This document shows positions 38,604 to 49,233 of a stretch of DNA of 64,000 bases, piece after piece. Made by a program: the position numbers and the translations under genes. The notes beneath the pieces were generated by a model. That model was not told the origin of the DNA, did no database searches, and worked only from the letters and a program-made list of their open reading frames with translations. How positions within the stretch are numbered: position 1 is the first letter of the stretch; the number at the start of each line of letters is the position of its first letter. This stretch comes from Escherichia coli (GTDB lineage Bacteria; Pseudomonadota; Gammaproteobacteria; Enterobacterales; Enterobacteriaceae), in NCBI RefSeq assembly GCF_003019035.1, contig NZ_CP027447.1. One strand, written 5' to 3'.

Positions 38604-39089
38604 AGTTGAGTTTACCTTAGCAAGGGATAAATGTTTCCTGATAGTGCTTTGCATAAAGCACAGTCTTATACGTCCCTGAGAAGATGATTTTTCTGCGTGA
38701 TAATTAATATTTTATGGTAATAGGATTATTCTTAATCACTATATGGCGTGGAAATGTAACGAAATGACAGGACAGGTACAATAGCCAAATGTGTACTATT
38801 TGCAACGCAATGTAAATTTTGGCATCAGTACATTGAGAACAAAACGCGATAATTGATGACAATCTTAACTATATCAAGCATTTGATAAAGACATATTTTG
38901 ATACCTGGCCATGTGGCAGATATTGCTAATAATCTTTTTATCTGAATTTAAACTCTGCTTTTTTTTAGCTAAAAGTGGCATCGGATAATACGTGGCGAAA
39001 AAATTTTAACGGCGATTTTAAGTTTGCTCCTGAGGTGTCGTTTTTACAGGGTATCGAAACGAAAACGATTAATCCCAAGGAGCAGTATC

Positions 39090-40004
39090 ATGTTATCTAT
39101 TAACACCAATAACGCCTCAATGGCCGCCGTTAATGCAATCAGCAAAAGCAGCTCTTCTCTGTCTACATCTATGGAACGCCTGGCAACGGGTAACCGGATT
39201 AACTCTTCTGCCGATGACGCAGCGGGCAAACAAATTGCTAACCGTCTGACAGCACAGTCCAGCGGTATGGGTGTGGCGCTGAGCAACATCAATGATGCCA
39301 CCGCGATGCTGCAAACCGCCGACAGCATGTTCGACGAAATGTCTGATGTGCTGGGTCGTATGAAAGACCTGTCAACTCAGGCAGCGAACGGCACCTACAG
39401 CGACGACGATCTACAGGCGATGCAGGACGAATACGACGAACTGGGTCAGCAGATGTCTGACATGCTGCAAAACACCACTTACGGCGGCACCAACCTGTTC
39501 GGTGTTTCCGGTACCAGCAACACCGGTACTGACGGTCTGTTCCAGAGCGCAGTAACTTTCCAGGTGGGCGCGGAATCTTCCGACACCATGACCGTGAATA
39601 TTTCAAGCCAGCTGAATACCCTGGTGACGGATCTTTCTGCTATCAGCAACTCCTTCAGTGCGGATCAGGCTGACACCACTGGCACCGCAGGCGTTTCTGG
39701 CGGTACTGAGCTGACTGCGTCTGGCTCGGCTAACCAGATGATTACCAGCATTTCGACCGCGATGGATGATGTTTCGCAGATCCAATCCAAGCTGGGTGCG
39801 TCTATTAACCGTCTGAACGACACTGCCAACAACCTGACCAGCATGCAGGACAACACCGAAGTCGCTATCGGTAACATTATGGATACCGACTACGCGACGG
39901 AAGCGTCCAACATGACTAAACAGCAGGTGCTGATGCAGACCGGCATCACCATGCTGAAACAGTCCAACAGCATGTCCAGCATGGTTTCCAGCCTGCTGCA
40001 GTAA
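39090..40004 (+). CDS. lafA: Lateral flagellin
   Basis: 304-aa ORF with flagellin N-terminus (MLSINTNNASMAAVNAI...RLATGNRINSSADDAAG) and C-terminus (...MTKQQVLMQTGITMLKQSNSMSSMVSSLLQ); AGGAG RBS. Confidence 0.9.
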   Translation: MLSINTNNASMAAVNAISKSSSSLSTSMERLATGNRINSSADDAAGKQIANRLTAQSSGMGVALSNINDATAMLQTADSMFDEMSDVLGRMKDLSTQAANGTYSDDDLQAMQDEYDELGQQMSDMLQNTTYGGTNLFGVSGTSNTGTDGLFQSAVTFQVGAESSDTMTVNISSQLNTLVTDLSAISNSFSADQADTTGTAGVSGGTELTASGSANQMITSISTAMDDVSQIQSKLGASINRLNDTANNLTSMQDNTEVAIGNIMDTDYATEASNMTKQQVLMQTGITMLKQSNSMSSMVSSLLQ

Positions 40005-40014
40005 TGGCGGACTT

Positions 40015-40045
<31 letters not shown>

Positions 40046-40162
40046 ACGAACAACACCGCCTGCGGGCGGTGTTGTGCTTTCTGCGGCAGGCGTATTTCCG
40101 CCAGACCGGAAATGGCTTTTCCGCCTGTTTTTCAATCTATTGATTCTTCACATAAAAAATAT

Positions 40163-40177
40163 TGGCACGCCTTTTGC
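40163..40177 (+). promoter_or_regulatory. Sigma54 (-24/-12) promoter upstream of lafB
   Basis: TGGCAC-GCCTT-TTGC, about 30 bp upstream of the lafB start. Confidence 0.7.
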
Positions 40178-40209
40178 CAATAACCTGACATCGTTATCCG
40201 GAGTCATCA

Positions 40210-41526
40210 ATGATCAACCCAAGAACCATTGCGCAAGAAATCGCCTATGCGGATGTTGCCACTCAGGCGGCAAACTTGCAGGAGAAGCAGAGCGAGCTGG
40301 ATGCTGAAAGCAGCGGCCTGGACTCGCTCAGCTCAGCGTTGAGCGATTTTCAGAGCGCCGTTGACGCGCTGAACAGCGATACTGACGGCCCGGTGACGTT
40401 TGCCGCCACCAGCAATAATGACTCGGCGACCGTTTCCGCTAACTCGCAGGCACAGGCGGGAAGCTACTCGTTTTTCGTTGAGCAACTGGCGCAGGGGCAG
40501 CAAACCACGTTCAGTATGGGCGACGACGCCTTTTCCGCCACCGGCACTTTTGAACTGACGATGGGCGACAGCACCATGGATATTGATCTGTCGGCGGCGG
40601 ATCAAAACGGTGACGGCGACGGTTTTATCGACGCCAGTGAACTGGTGAATGCGATTAACGACTCTGATGACAATCCGGGCGTGTCGGCGGCACTGGTAAA
40701 AACCGACGGCACCACCACCATTATGCTCACCTCCGATAGCACCGGGGCGCAGAGCGCATTTTCGGTGAGCGTAACGGGGCATGACACCAGCAACGATAGC
40801 GCCAGCGCGCCCGTTGCCACGGATGTTTCCTCCGCTCAGGACGCGATTATTCATCTCGGCAGTGCCACAGGGCCTGAGATCACCAACAGCAGCAATACGT
40901 TTGATGATGTGATCCCCGGTGTCACCATGACTTTCACCGAAGTCAGCGATTCTGACAGCGACCTCACTACCTTTAACATTAGCGAAGATTCCAGCGCCAG
41001 CCAGGAGAAAGTGCAGACCTTTGTCGATGCCTATAACACCCTGATCGATACGGTTGATTCGCTAACCACCCACGGTGATGACAGTACCAGCGCCGGGGTA
41101 TTTGCAGGCGACGCAGGACTCAGTTCACTGGCGAACCAGCTCGATGATATCGCCCATGCCAGCTACAACGGGGTATCGATTGTTGACTATGGCATCACGC
41201 TTGATTCTCACGGCCACTTACAGATTGACTCCGACCAGTTCAACGACGAAATGGCGAAAAATCCTGACGGTCTGACCTCTATTTTCGTTGGCGACAACAG
41301 CATGGTGGCACAGATGGACGACCTGATTAACACCTACACGGACTCCAGCAACGGCATCATCACCCTGCGCCAGCAGAACATTGACGATCAGATGAGCAAA
41401 ATTCAGGACGAAGGCGATCAGCTTACTGATACCTATAACGCCAACTACGACCGTTATCTCGAGGAGTACACCAACACGCTGGTCGAGGTGTACACCATGA
41501 AAGCCAGCATGGCGGCATTCGCGTAA
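40210..41526 (+). CDS. lafB: Flagellar filament cap protein FliD homologue
   Basis: 438-aa ORF immediately after the flagellin gene. Confidence 0.8.
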   Translation: MINPRTIAQEIAYADVATQAANLQEKQSELDAESSGLDSLSSALSDFQSAVDALNSDTDGPVTFAATSNNDSATVSANSQAQAGSYSFFVEQLAQGQQTTFSMGDDAFSATGTFELTMGDSTMDIDLSAADQNGDGDGFIDASELVNAINDSDDNPGVSAALVKTDGTTTIMLTSDSTGAQSAFSVSVTGHDTSNDSASAPVATDVSSAQDAIIHLGSATGPEITNSSNTFDDVIPGVTMTFTEVSDSDSDLTTFNISEDSSASQEKVQTFVDAYNTLIDTVDSLTTHGDDSTSAGVFAGDAGLSSLANQLDDIAHASYNGVSIVDYGITLDSHGHLQIDSDQFNDEMAKNPDGLTSIFVGDNSMVAQMDDLINTYTDSSNGIITLRQQNIDDQMSKIQDEGDQLTDTYNANYDRYLEEYTNTLVEVYTMKASMAAFA

Positions 41527-41548
41527 CTCAGAAGGAATATCCCTAAAG

Positions 41549-41941
41549 ATGTACCAAGTACAGGACGGCTATTCGCAATATAAAGAGATCGATCTCGCGG
41601 CGCGTACTGCGGCGGCATCGCCTCTGGAACTGGTGCTGGTGCTGTTTTCTGGTCTGATGGACGAGCTGGAACGCGCCAAAAGCCATATTGAAGGGCGGCG
41701 TTTCGAGAAGAAAGCCCAGAGCATCAATAAATGCATCGACATTCTCAATGCGCTCACCAGTTCGCTGGAGTTTGAAACTGGCGGCGAGCTGGTGGTCAAC
41801 CTTTCGCGCCTCTATGACCACTGTGTGTATCGCTTGTATGAGGCTAGCGGCGAACTGTCGGCAGAGAAAATCGATGAAGTGATGCTGATCTTAAGCAACC
41901 TGCGTGAAGGCTGGGAAGGGCTTTCGGGCAAGCTGGGTTAA
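41549..41941 (+). CDS. lafC: Flagellin chaperone FliS homologue
   Basis: 130-aa four-helix ORF (...LELVLVLFSGLMDELERAK...). Confidence 0.85.
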   Translation: MYQVQDGYSQYKEIDLAARTAAASPLELVLVLFSGLMDELERAKSHIEGRRFEKKAQSINKCIDILNALTSSLEFETGGELVVNLSRLYDHCVYRLYEASGELSAEKIDEVMLILSNLREGWEGLSGKLG

Positions 41942-41945
41942 GACG

Positions 41946-42257
41946 ATGGAAAAACAACGCAGGCAACTTTTCGCGCTGGTTGAAGCGATGAACGAAGCCC
42001 TCGACAAGCAACGCTGGCGACGCCTTCCGGCACTGCATCAGCAGTTGATGCGCCAGTTTCACGATTACGTGGCGGCGGAAACCGACGCGGCGCAGTTGTG
42101 TGCGGTGAAGGCGCAGCTGTACGGCGCGTTTAATGCCCTGATTAAACGGCGCGAGCAGCGTGCAGAAGTGTTGACGGCGCGTATGGAACAGCATCAGCGG
42201 CATCAGGAAGGCGTACTGGCCTACTCAATTGTTAATTTACTTTCGGAGAAGTCATGA
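41946..42257 (+). CDS. lafD: FliT-like flagellar chaperone (small helical protein)
   Basis: 103-aa ORF following the fliS homologue; assignment by position. Confidence 0.55.
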   Translation: MEKQRRQLFALVEAMNEALDKQRWRRLPALHQQLMRQFHDYVAAETDAAQLCAVKAQLYGAFNALIKRREQRAEVLTARMEQHQRHQEGVLAYSIVNLLSEKS

Positions 42258-43312
42258 ATCCGGCATTGCTTGCCACGCTCGGAACACTTGCGGAAACGGC
42301 GTCGCTGAAAGCGGATATTTTACCGCCGGTGAGTAGTGAAAACGCGCCCGCGTTTACCCTGCCGAAAATGGCGGTCGCGGCGGTGGCGGAGCGCGTTCAT
42401 AGCGCAAAAACCAGTCAGCAACAGGCGACGCGCCCGCAGGAGAACGATCCGGTGGCGATGCAGGCGCTAATGGCGCTGTTACTTCCGCAACCTGCCGCGC
42501 CGCATCAGGTCACGCCGCAGCCGCGAAACGTCGCAACATCGCCGGTTATCCAGCAATTGACGAAAGCGGTGGTGCAAAACGCGCCGCAACGCCCGACGCA
42601 GCAGCAGGAATTCACGCCGTTGCCGCCGCAGTTGCAGGAGCTGATCAGTCAGTTGCCGCAGGCGAAACCCGAACAGCAGGCCAGACTGGCAATTTACGCC
42701 AGTGAAGATTTACATGCCATTGCGCCGACGCAGCCGCGCGTCTCAACACAGCCAGCTCGCCCGAAACCTGAACTAACCCGTGTGAACGCGCGCCCGCAGG
42801 TCGAGCGTAAAACGGAAAAAGTGCCGGACAGCGAACCGGTTATTGCGCGTGCGGTGTTGCAGGTTAAGACGCCGGATCTGGTCAGCGAACATCAGGAGAT
42901 TGTCGCCAAACCAGCCACGCTTTCGATGGACGAACTGGGCGAAAAACTGACGACGCTGTTGAAAGATCAGATCCACTTTCAGCTCAACAAACAACAGCAG
43001 ATCTCCACCATCCGTCTCGATCCACCGTCGCTTGGCAAGCTCGAGATCGCCGTACAACTCGACAACGGCAAACTGATGGTGCACATCGGCGCGAACCAAA
43101 GTGAAGTTTGCCGCGCGTTACAGCAGTTTAGCGACGATCTCCGCCAGCATCTGACGGCGCAAAATTTTATGGAGGTGAACGTACAGGTTTCCTCCGAAGG
43201 GCAGTCGCAGCAACAACAGTCGGGCCATCAGCAGGAAGAGGTGAGTGCCGCCTTACAGCTTGATGATGCGCCTCAATTTCAACAGAACGAATCCGTTTTG
43301 ATCAAAGTGTAA
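42254..43312 (+). CDS. lafE: Hook-length control protein FliK homologue
   Basis: Pro/Gln-rich central region and FliK-like C-terminal domain (...IRLDPPSLGKLEIAVQLDNGKLMVHIGAN...). Confidence 0.8.
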   Translation: MNPALLATLGTLAETASLKADILPPVSSENAPAFTLPKMAVAAVAERVHSAKTSQQQATRPQENDPVAMQALMALLLPQPAAPHQVTPQPRNVATSPVIQQLTKAVVQNAPQRPTQQQEFTPLPPQLQELISQLPQAKPEQQARLAIYASEDLHAIAPTQPRVSTQPARPKPELTRVNARPQVERKTEKVPDSEPVIARAVLQVKTPDLVSEHQEIVAKPATLSMDELGEKLTTLLKDQIHFQLNKQQQISTIRLDPPSLGKLEIAVQLDNGKLMVHIGANQSEVCRALQQFSDDLRQHLTAQNFMEVNVQVSSEGQSQQQQSGHQQEEVSAALQLDDAPQFQQNESVLIKV

Positions 43313-43319
43313 AGGCAAT

Positions 43320-43787
43320 ATGAAGAAAATCGTGGTGGCGGGCGTGGTCAGCGCCGTTCTGGCGTTGGTGGTCGGCGCTGGAGCTGGATGGGGTGTCTGG
43401 CATCATTATGCCGGAAAAGGAAAACCGACTGCCGTTGCGCGGACGGAAGCGGTAGAAACCCTGGATGAAAGCAAAAGCGTGTTTGTGACGCTGCCGGAAA
43501 CCATTGTCACGCTGCATGACAACAACGGCGCGGACCATTATTTGTCGGCGGAATTAGTGATGGTGGTTGCCAGTGACAAAGAAGCGGAAAAAATAAAGCA
43601 TCAGGAGCCGTTGTATCAAAGTATTGCGGTTGAATGCCTGACGGAAATGAAATTTGAAGATTTGCGGGGCATGAAAATATCTGCCATCCGCAAACTGATT
43701 TCGGATGCGTTAAAGAAAGATCTTCAGCGTCGCAAAATGAGCGCACCGTATAAGGATTTGCTGGTGAAAAAAGTGGTCTTCCAGTAA
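43320..43787 (+). CDS. lafF: Flagellar basal body-associated protein FliL homologue
   Basis: 155-aa ORF with single N-terminal TM helix. Confidence 0.8.
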   Translation: MKKIVVAGVVSAVLALVVGAGAGWGVWHHYAGKGKPTAVARTEAVETLDESKSVFVTLPETIVTLHDNNGADHYLSAELVMVVASDKEAEKIKHQEPLYQSIAVECLTEMKFEDLRGMKISAIRKLISDALKKDLQRRKMSAPYKDLLVKKVVFQ

Positions 43788-43806
43788 TCACCAGGCGGAT
43801 ATAAAC

Positions 43807-44526
43807 ATGCTACAGGACGTATTATTCGAGTCAGAAGAATTTGCTGCCGCGCCGGTATTAACCCCGCAGCAGGAGAGCCACTACTTGCAGGCCTATTTAC
43901 CACTGGTGCGTAAAGTGGTGCGGCAACTTGCCCCGCAGTGTAATTGCATTATTGATCGTCAGGATATGGAACAAACGGCGTTAATGGGGCTGCTTAATGC
44001 CATTCGCCGCTACGGGCTGCCGGACGAAGGTTTTGCGGGCTATGCCGTGCACCGTATTCGCGGCGCGATCCTGGATGAGCTGCGCGCTCTCGACTGGCGA
44101 CCGCGCCAGCTGCGACAGAAATATCATCAGATGAAAGACCTGATTCGCGAAACGCGTAAAAAACTGGGGCACGAACCGGAGTGGCAGGAGCTGGCTGAGG
44201 AAGGGATCTCGCATGAAGATTATCTCGAATATCAGCAACTGGAAGGGGCGGAAACGCTCGCCAGCCTGGACGAACTGCTGAACGGCGAAGGGCCAGGCAT
44301 TCCGCTTGCTGGCAGAGACCTGGAAGATCAGTTTGTCACGCAGAAAATGCTGCAACACGCGCTTTCACAATTAAGCGAAAAAGAGCAACTGATCCTCTCC
44401 ATGTATTACCAGCATGAGATGAATCTCAAAGAGATTGCGCTGGTATTAGGGCTAACCGAGGCCCGAATTTGTCAACTGAATAAACAGATCGCGCAGAAAA
44501 TTCGTGATTTTGTCTATCCGAATTAA
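43807..44526 (+). CDS. lafS: Flagellar sigma factor (sigma28/FliA family)
   Basis: 239-aa ORF with sigma70 region 2 and region 4 HTH (...LKEIALVLGLTEARICQLNKQ...). Confidence 0.85.
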   Translation: MLQDVLFESEEFAAAPVLTPQQESHYLQAYLPLVRKVVRQLAPQCNCIIDRQDMEQTALMGLLNAIRRYGLPDEGFAGYAVHRIRGAILDELRALDWRPRQLRQKYHQMKDLIRETRKKLGHEPEWQELAEEGISHEDYLEYQQLEGAETLASLDELLNGEGPGIPLAGRDLEDQFVTQKMLQHALSQLSEKEQLILSMYYQHEMNLKEIALVLGLTEARICQLNKQIAQKIRDFVYPN

Positions 44527-44538
44527 AGTGAAGAAATC

Positions 44539-45402
44539 ATGCAAAAAATATTAGGTTTACTGGTGGTGCTCGGCTGCGTATTTGGCGGTTATTTTGAAGC
44601 GGGCGGCCAATTAGTGGCTATCTGGCAGCCTGCAGAGATAGTTATTATTTTAGGTGCTGGTTTCGGGGCGATGATTATTGGGAACCCGAAACATGTGCTG
44701 AAAGAGATTGCCCATCAAATTAAAGGCGTGATCAGTAAAAAACAGCTCGGGCCGGAGTTTCAGCGCCAGCTATTAATGTGCCTGTATGAGTTGCTTGAAA
44801 TGGTACAAAACGGCGGTCTGCGGATGTTGGATCAGCATATTGAGCAGCCGGAAGAGAGTACCGTTTTCCAGAAATACCCGCTGGTGTTAACCCAGAAGCG
44901 GCTGGTGACTTTTATTGCCGATAACTTTCGCCTGATGGCGATGGGTAAAATCGACGCCCATGAACTGGAAGGCATTCTCGATCAGGAGCTGGACACCGCT
45001 GAAGAGTCGCTGTTAACGCCGTCACGCTCGCTGCAACGGACCGCCGAAGCGATGCCGGGATTTGGTATTTGCGCGGCAGTGCTGGGCATCATCATCACCA
45101 TGCAGTCAATTGACGGTTCTATCGCCCTGATTGGCCTGAAAGTGGCGGCAGCGCTGGTGGGGACATTTTTAGGCGTGTTTATTTGCTACTGCCTGATGGA
45201 CCCGCTCGCCAACGCCATGGAACAGCAGGCGCGGGCGGAACATTCGCTGCTGGAGTGTGTGCGTACCGTGCTGGTGGCCCAGGCGGGCGGCAAACCGACG
45301 CTGCTGGCGGTGGACGCCGGGCGTAAGCTGCTGCATCTGGCGTCCAAACCGACCTTCGCCAACCTCGATGCATGGGTGAATGCGATGCTGGAGCAAGAAT
45401 AA
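44539..45402 (+). CDS. lafT: Flagellar motor stator protein MotA homologue
   Basis: 287-aa four-TM ORF. Confidence 0.85.
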   Translation: MQKILGLLVVLGCVFGGYFEAGGQLVAIWQPAEIVIILGAGFGAMIIGNPKHVLKEIAHQIKGVISKKQLGPEFQRQLLMCLYELLEMVQNGGLRMLDQHIEQPEESTVFQKYPLVLTQKRLVTFIADNFRLMAMGKIDAHELEGILDQELDTAEESLLTPSRSLQRTAEAMPGFGICAAVLGIIITMQSIDGSIALIGLKVAAALVGTFLGVFICYCLMDPLANAMEQQARAEHSLLECVRTVLVAQAGGKPTLLAVDAGRKLLHLASKPTFANLDAWVNAMLEQE

Positions 45403-45404
45403 GC

Positions 45405-46328
45405 ATGAGAAAGACGGGCAACCGCCGCGAGCGTGGGGCAAAAACCACCATCGTCCGGCGGCAGATCAAAAAGAATCATGCCGGGCACCACGGCGGGGCG
45501 TGGAAGGTAGCGTTCGCCGACTTTACCCTGGCGATGATGGCGCTATTTATGACGCTGTGGATTGTCAATAGCGTCAGTAAATCCGAGCGTGAAAGCATTA
45601 TCGCCGCGCTGCACGGGCAGTCGATTTTTAACGGTGGTGGGCTGTCGCCGTTAAATAAAATCAGCCCGTCTCATCCGTCAAAACCTGCCACCGTGGCGGT
45701 GCCGGAAGAGACGGAGAAAAAAGCGCGCGACGTCAACGAGAAAACGGCGCTGCTGAAGAAGAAATCCGCCACCGAGCTTGGTGAGCTGGCAACCAGCATC
45801 AACACCATTGCCCGTGATGCGCATATGGAAGCGAATCTGGAGATGGAGATTGTCCCGCAGGGATTACGCGTGCTGATTAAAGACGACCAGAATCGCAATA
45901 TGTTCGAACGCGGCAGCGCGCAGATTATGCCGTTCTTTAAAACGCTGCTGGTGGAGCTCGCGCCAGTGTTCGACTCGCTCGATAACAAAATTATTATTAC
46001 CGGGCATACCGATGCGATGGCCTACAAAAACAATATCTACAACAACTGGAACCTTTCGGGTGACCGCGCGCTTTCGGCTCGTCGGGTGCTGGAAGAGGCA
46101 GGAATGCCGGAAGATAAAGTGATGCAGGTGAGCGCAATGGCGGACCAGATGCTGCTGGACGCGAAAAATCCGCAAAGCGCGGGCAACCGGCGCATTGAGA
46201 TTATGGTGCTGACTAAAAGCGCGTCCGATACGCTGTATCAATACTTTGGTCAGCATGGGGATAAAGTGGTGCAGCCGCTGGTGCAAAAGCTGGATAAGCA
46301 GCAGGTGCTTTCGCAGCGAACGCGTTAA
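45405..46328 (+). CDS. lafU: Flagellar motor stator protein MotB homologue (OmpA-like C-terminal domain)
   Basis: N-terminal TM plug region and OmpA-like domain (...TGHTDAMAYKNNIYNNWNLSGDRALSARRVL...); start at MRKTGNRRE. Confidence 0.85.
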   Translation: MRKTGNRRERGAKTTIVRRQIKKNHAGHHGGAWKVAFADFTLAMMALFMTLWIVNSVSKSERESIIAALHGQSIFNGGGLSPLNKISPSHPSKPATVAVPEETEKKARDVNEKTALLKKKSATELGELATSINTIARDAHMEANLEMEIVPQGLRVLIKDDQNRNMFERGSAQIMPFFKTLLVELAPVFDSLDNKIIITGHTDAMAYKNNIYNNWNLSGDRALSARRVLEEAGMPEDKVMQVSAMADQMLLDAKNPQSAGNRRIEIMVLTKSASDTLYQYFGQHGDKVVQPLVQKLDKQQVLSQRTR

Positions 46329-46366
46329 ATGCTGAATCTTTACGCATTTCTCAAACCCTGAAATCA

Positions 46367-46382
46367 CTGTATACTTTACCAG
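46367..46382. promoter_or_regulatory. LexA (SOS) box upstream of dinB
   Basis: CTGTATACTTTACCAG matches CTG-N10-CAG. Confidence 0.75.
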
Positions 46383-46398
46383 TGTTGAGAGGTGAGCA

Positions 46399-47454
46399 AT
46401 GCGTAAAATCATTCATGTGGATATGGACTGCTTTTTCGCAGCGGTGGAGATGCGCGACAATCCTGCCCTGCGCGATATCCCTATTGCTATTGGCGGCAGC
46501 CGCGAACGTCGGGGGGTGATCAGCACCGCCAATTATCCCGCGCGTAAATTTGGCGTACGTAGCGCTATGCCGACAGGGATGGCACTCAAATTATGCCCAC
46601 ATCTCACGCTGCTTCCAGGGCGCTTTGACGCCTACAAAGAAGCCTCAAATCATATCCGCGAAATTTTCTCGCGCTATACCTCGCGCATTGAACCGTTATC
46701 ACTGGATGAAGCCTATCTCGACGTCACCGATAGTGTGCATTGCCACGGTTCTGCGACCCTCATCGCCAAGGAAATCCGTCAGACGATCTTTAACGAGCTG
46801 CAACTGACGGCATCTGCGGGCGTTGCGCCGGTAAAGTTTCTCGCCAAAATTGCTTCCGACATGAATAAACCCAACGGTCAGTTTGTGATTACGCCGGCAG
46901 AAGTTCCGGCATTTCTGCAAACCTTACCGCTGGCAAAAATTCCCGGCGTCGGCAAAGTCTCGGCGGCAAAACTGGAAGCGATGGGGCTGCGGACCTGCGG
47001 TGATGTGCAAAAGTGTGATCTGGTGACTCTGCTCAAACGTTTTGGCAAATTTGGCCGCATTTTGTGGGAGCGTAGTCAGGGGATTGACGAGCGCGACGTT
47101 AACAGTGAACGGTTGCGAAAATCCGTCGGCGTGGAACGCACGATGGCGGAAGATATTCATCACTGGTCTGAATGTGAAGCGATTATCGAGCGGCTGTATC
47201 CTGAACTTGAACGCCGTCTGGCAAAGGTAAAACCTGATTTACTGATTGCTCGCCAGGGGGTGAAATTAAAGTTTGATGATTTTCAGCAAACCACTCAGGA
47301 GCACGTCTGGCCGCGGCTGAATAAAGCTGATCTAATCGCCACCGCGCGTAAAACCTGGGATGAACGTCGCGGCGGGCGCGGTGTGCGTCTGGTGGGGCTG
47401 CATGTGACGTTACTTGACCCTCAAATGGAAAGACAACTGGTGCTGGGATTATGA
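46399..47454 (+). CDS. dinB: DNA polymerase IV (Y-family translesion polymerase)
   Basis: 351-aa ORF beginning [22 protein letters not shown]... Confidence 0.95.
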   Translation: MRKIIHVDMDCFFAAVEMRDNPALRDIPIAIGGSRERRGVISTANYPARKFGVRSAMPTGMALKLCPHLTLLPGRFDAYKEASNHIREIFSRYTSRIEPLSLDEAYLDVTDSVHCHGSATLIAKEIRQTIFNELQLTASAGVAPVKFLAKIASDMNKPNGQFVITPAEVPAFLQTLPLAKIPGVGKVSAAKLEAMGLRTCGDVQKCDLVTLLKRFGKFGRILWERSQGIDERDVNSERLRKSVGVERTMAEDIHHWSECEAIIERLYPELERRLAKVKPDLLIARQGVKLKFDDFQQTTQEHVWPRLNKADLIATARKTWDERRGGRGVRLVGLHVTLLDPQMERQLVLGL

Positions 47455-47903
47455 ATAACATACAAATAAGAAACTATCAGCCTTGCGATTTTCAGCAACT
47501 ATGCGCTATTTTCATTAGAGCAGTTACGATGACCGCCAGTCAGCACTATTCTCCACAGCAAATTGCCGCCTGGGCGCAGATTGACGAATCTCGCTGGAAA
47601 GATAAACTCGCGAAATCACAAGTGCGGGTTGCAGTCATTAATGCACAACCGGTTGGTTTTATTTCCCGCATTGAACATTATATCGATATGTTATTTGTTG
47701 ACCCGGAATACACCCGCCGTGGGGTTGCCAGCGCTTTGTTAAAACCTTTGATTAAGTCTGAATCCGAACTTACGGTGGACGCCAGCATAACCGCAAAGCC
47801 CTTTTTTGAACGTTATGGTTTTCAGACAGTTAAGCAGCAGCGCGTTGAATGCCGGGGAGCGTGGTTTATTAATTTTTATATGCGTTATAAACCGCAACAT
47901 TAA
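47451..47903 (+). CDS. yafP: GNAT family N-acetyltransferase
   Basis: 150-aa ORF overlapping the dinB stop by 4 nt. Confidence 0.85.
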   Translation: MNNIQIRNYQPCDFQQLCAIFIRAVTMTASQHYSPQQIAAWAQIDESRWKDKLAKSQVRVAVINAQPVGFISRIEHYIDMLFVDPEYTRRGVASALLKPLIKSESELTVDASITAKPFFERYGFQTVKQQRVECRGAWFINFYMRYKPQH

Positions 47904-47980
47904 ATCCAGCTTGCAATGAAAATAACGCCCGCCTAGTATGTGTGCGTTTTCTTATTCCACAAACTGCAAGGAGGTAAATC

Positions 47981-48028
47981 ATGACAAATCCTTTATCAAT
48001 GACTCTTTGCAGACCTTTCCAGGATTAA
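47981..48028 (+). CDS. Possible 15-codon upstream ORF / leader peptide ahead of rtcB2-prfH
   Basis: ATG preceded by strong SD AAGGAGGT with 7-nt spacing; MTNPLSMTLCRPFQD. Confidence 0.3.
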   Translation: MTNPLSMTLCRPFQD

Positions 48029-48081
48029 TTCTTTTTTTCTTGCCCTGGATTCGTCTGCCATTTCCTGATTTTTATTCATAA

Positions 48082-49233
48082 ATGGAATGGTACATGGGCA
48101 AATATATTCGTCCCTTATCCGATGCGGTATTTACCATCGCATCTGATGACCTGTGGATCGAGAGTTTAGCGATCCAACAATTACACACCACGGCAAATTT
48201 ACCCAACATGCAACGCGTAGTAGGGATGCCAGATTTACATCCCGGACGCGGCTATCCGATTGGCGCAGCGTTCTTCTCCGTAGGCCGTTTTTACCCGGCA
48301 CTGGTCGGCAATGATATCGGCTGCGGTATGGCGCTATGGCAAACAGATATTTTCGCGCGCAAATACAACGCCGATAAGTTTGAAAAGCGATTATCTGCGC
48401 TGGATGACGTTGCTGAAGAAAGCTGGCTGGAGGAAAACCTGCCGTCAGCGTTAGCACAGCATCCGTGGCGCAGCTCGCTGGGTTCCATCGGTGGCGGAAA
48501 CCACTTCGCAGAACTGCAACAAGTTGATCAAATTATCGACGCTGAACTGTTTGCACTGACAGGTCTGGATGCGCAGCATCTGCAACTGCTGGTTCATAGC
48601 GGCTCGAGGGGGCTGGGGCAGTCTATTTTACAGCGGCATATTGCCTCGTTTTCGCATCATGGTTTGCCTGAAGGCAGTGACGACGCGCTACGGTATATTG
48701 CGGAACATGACGATGCGCTGGCGTTTGCGCGTATTAATCGCCAGATGATCGCTTTGCGCATAATGCAACAGGTTAAGGCCACCGGAAGTCCTGTTCTGGA
48801 TGTGGCGCATAACTTTGTTAGCGCCTGTCAAATCGGCGATCAACAGGGCTGGTTGCATCGTAAAGGTGCCACGCCGGATGACAACGGTCTGGTGATTATT
48901 CCCGGTTCACGCGGTGATTACTCCTGGCTGGTTAAACCTGTTGCGAACGAAAAAACACTCCACTCGCTGGCGCATGGGGCAGGGCGTAAATGGGGGCGCA
49001 CCGAGTGTAAAGGGCGTCTGGCAGCGAAATACACGGCGACGCAACTCTCGCGTACTGAACTTGGCAGTCGGGTAATTTGTCGCGATAAACAACTCATCTT
49101 TGAAGAAGCGCCACAAGCCTATAAATCGGCTGAAAGCGTGGTGCAATGTCTGGTGCAGGCCGGTTTAATTATTCCTGTCGCGCGGCTGCGTCCGGTGCTA
49201 ACGCTCAAAAACAATGGAGGGAAAAAAGGATGA
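48082..49233 (+). CDS. rtcB2: RtcB-family RNA ligase paralogue (full-length counterpart of the K-12 ykfJ pseudogene)
   Basis: RtcB motifs (...[19 protein letters not shown]...[11 protein letters not shown]...); stop overlaps the prfH start. Confidence 0.85.
   Translation: MEWYMGKYIRPLSDAVFTIASDDLWIESLAIQQLHTTANLPNMQRVVGMPDLHPGRGYPIGAAFFSVGRFYPALVGNDIGCGMALWQTDIFARKYNADKFEKRLSALDDVAEESWLEENLPSALAQHPWRSSLGSIGGGNHFAELQQVDQIIDAELFALTGLDAQHLQLLVHSGSRGLGQSILQRHIASFSHHGLPEGSDDALRYIAEHDDALAFARINRQMIALRIMQQVKATGSPVLDVAHNFVSACQIGDQQGWLHRKGATPDDNGLVIIPGSRGDYSWLVKPVANEKTLHSLAHGAGRKWGRTECKGRLAAKYTATQLSRTELGSRVICRDKQLIFEEAPQAYKSAESVVQCLVQAGLIIPVARLRPVLTLKNNGGKKG

Noticed and set aside
38604-39089. Sigma28-type promoter upstream of lafA
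   Set aside because: The best candidate (TTAAGTTT-N11-GTCGTTTT) matches the -10 element poorly, and TAAA...CGGATAA has the wrong spacing; no call made without transcript mapping
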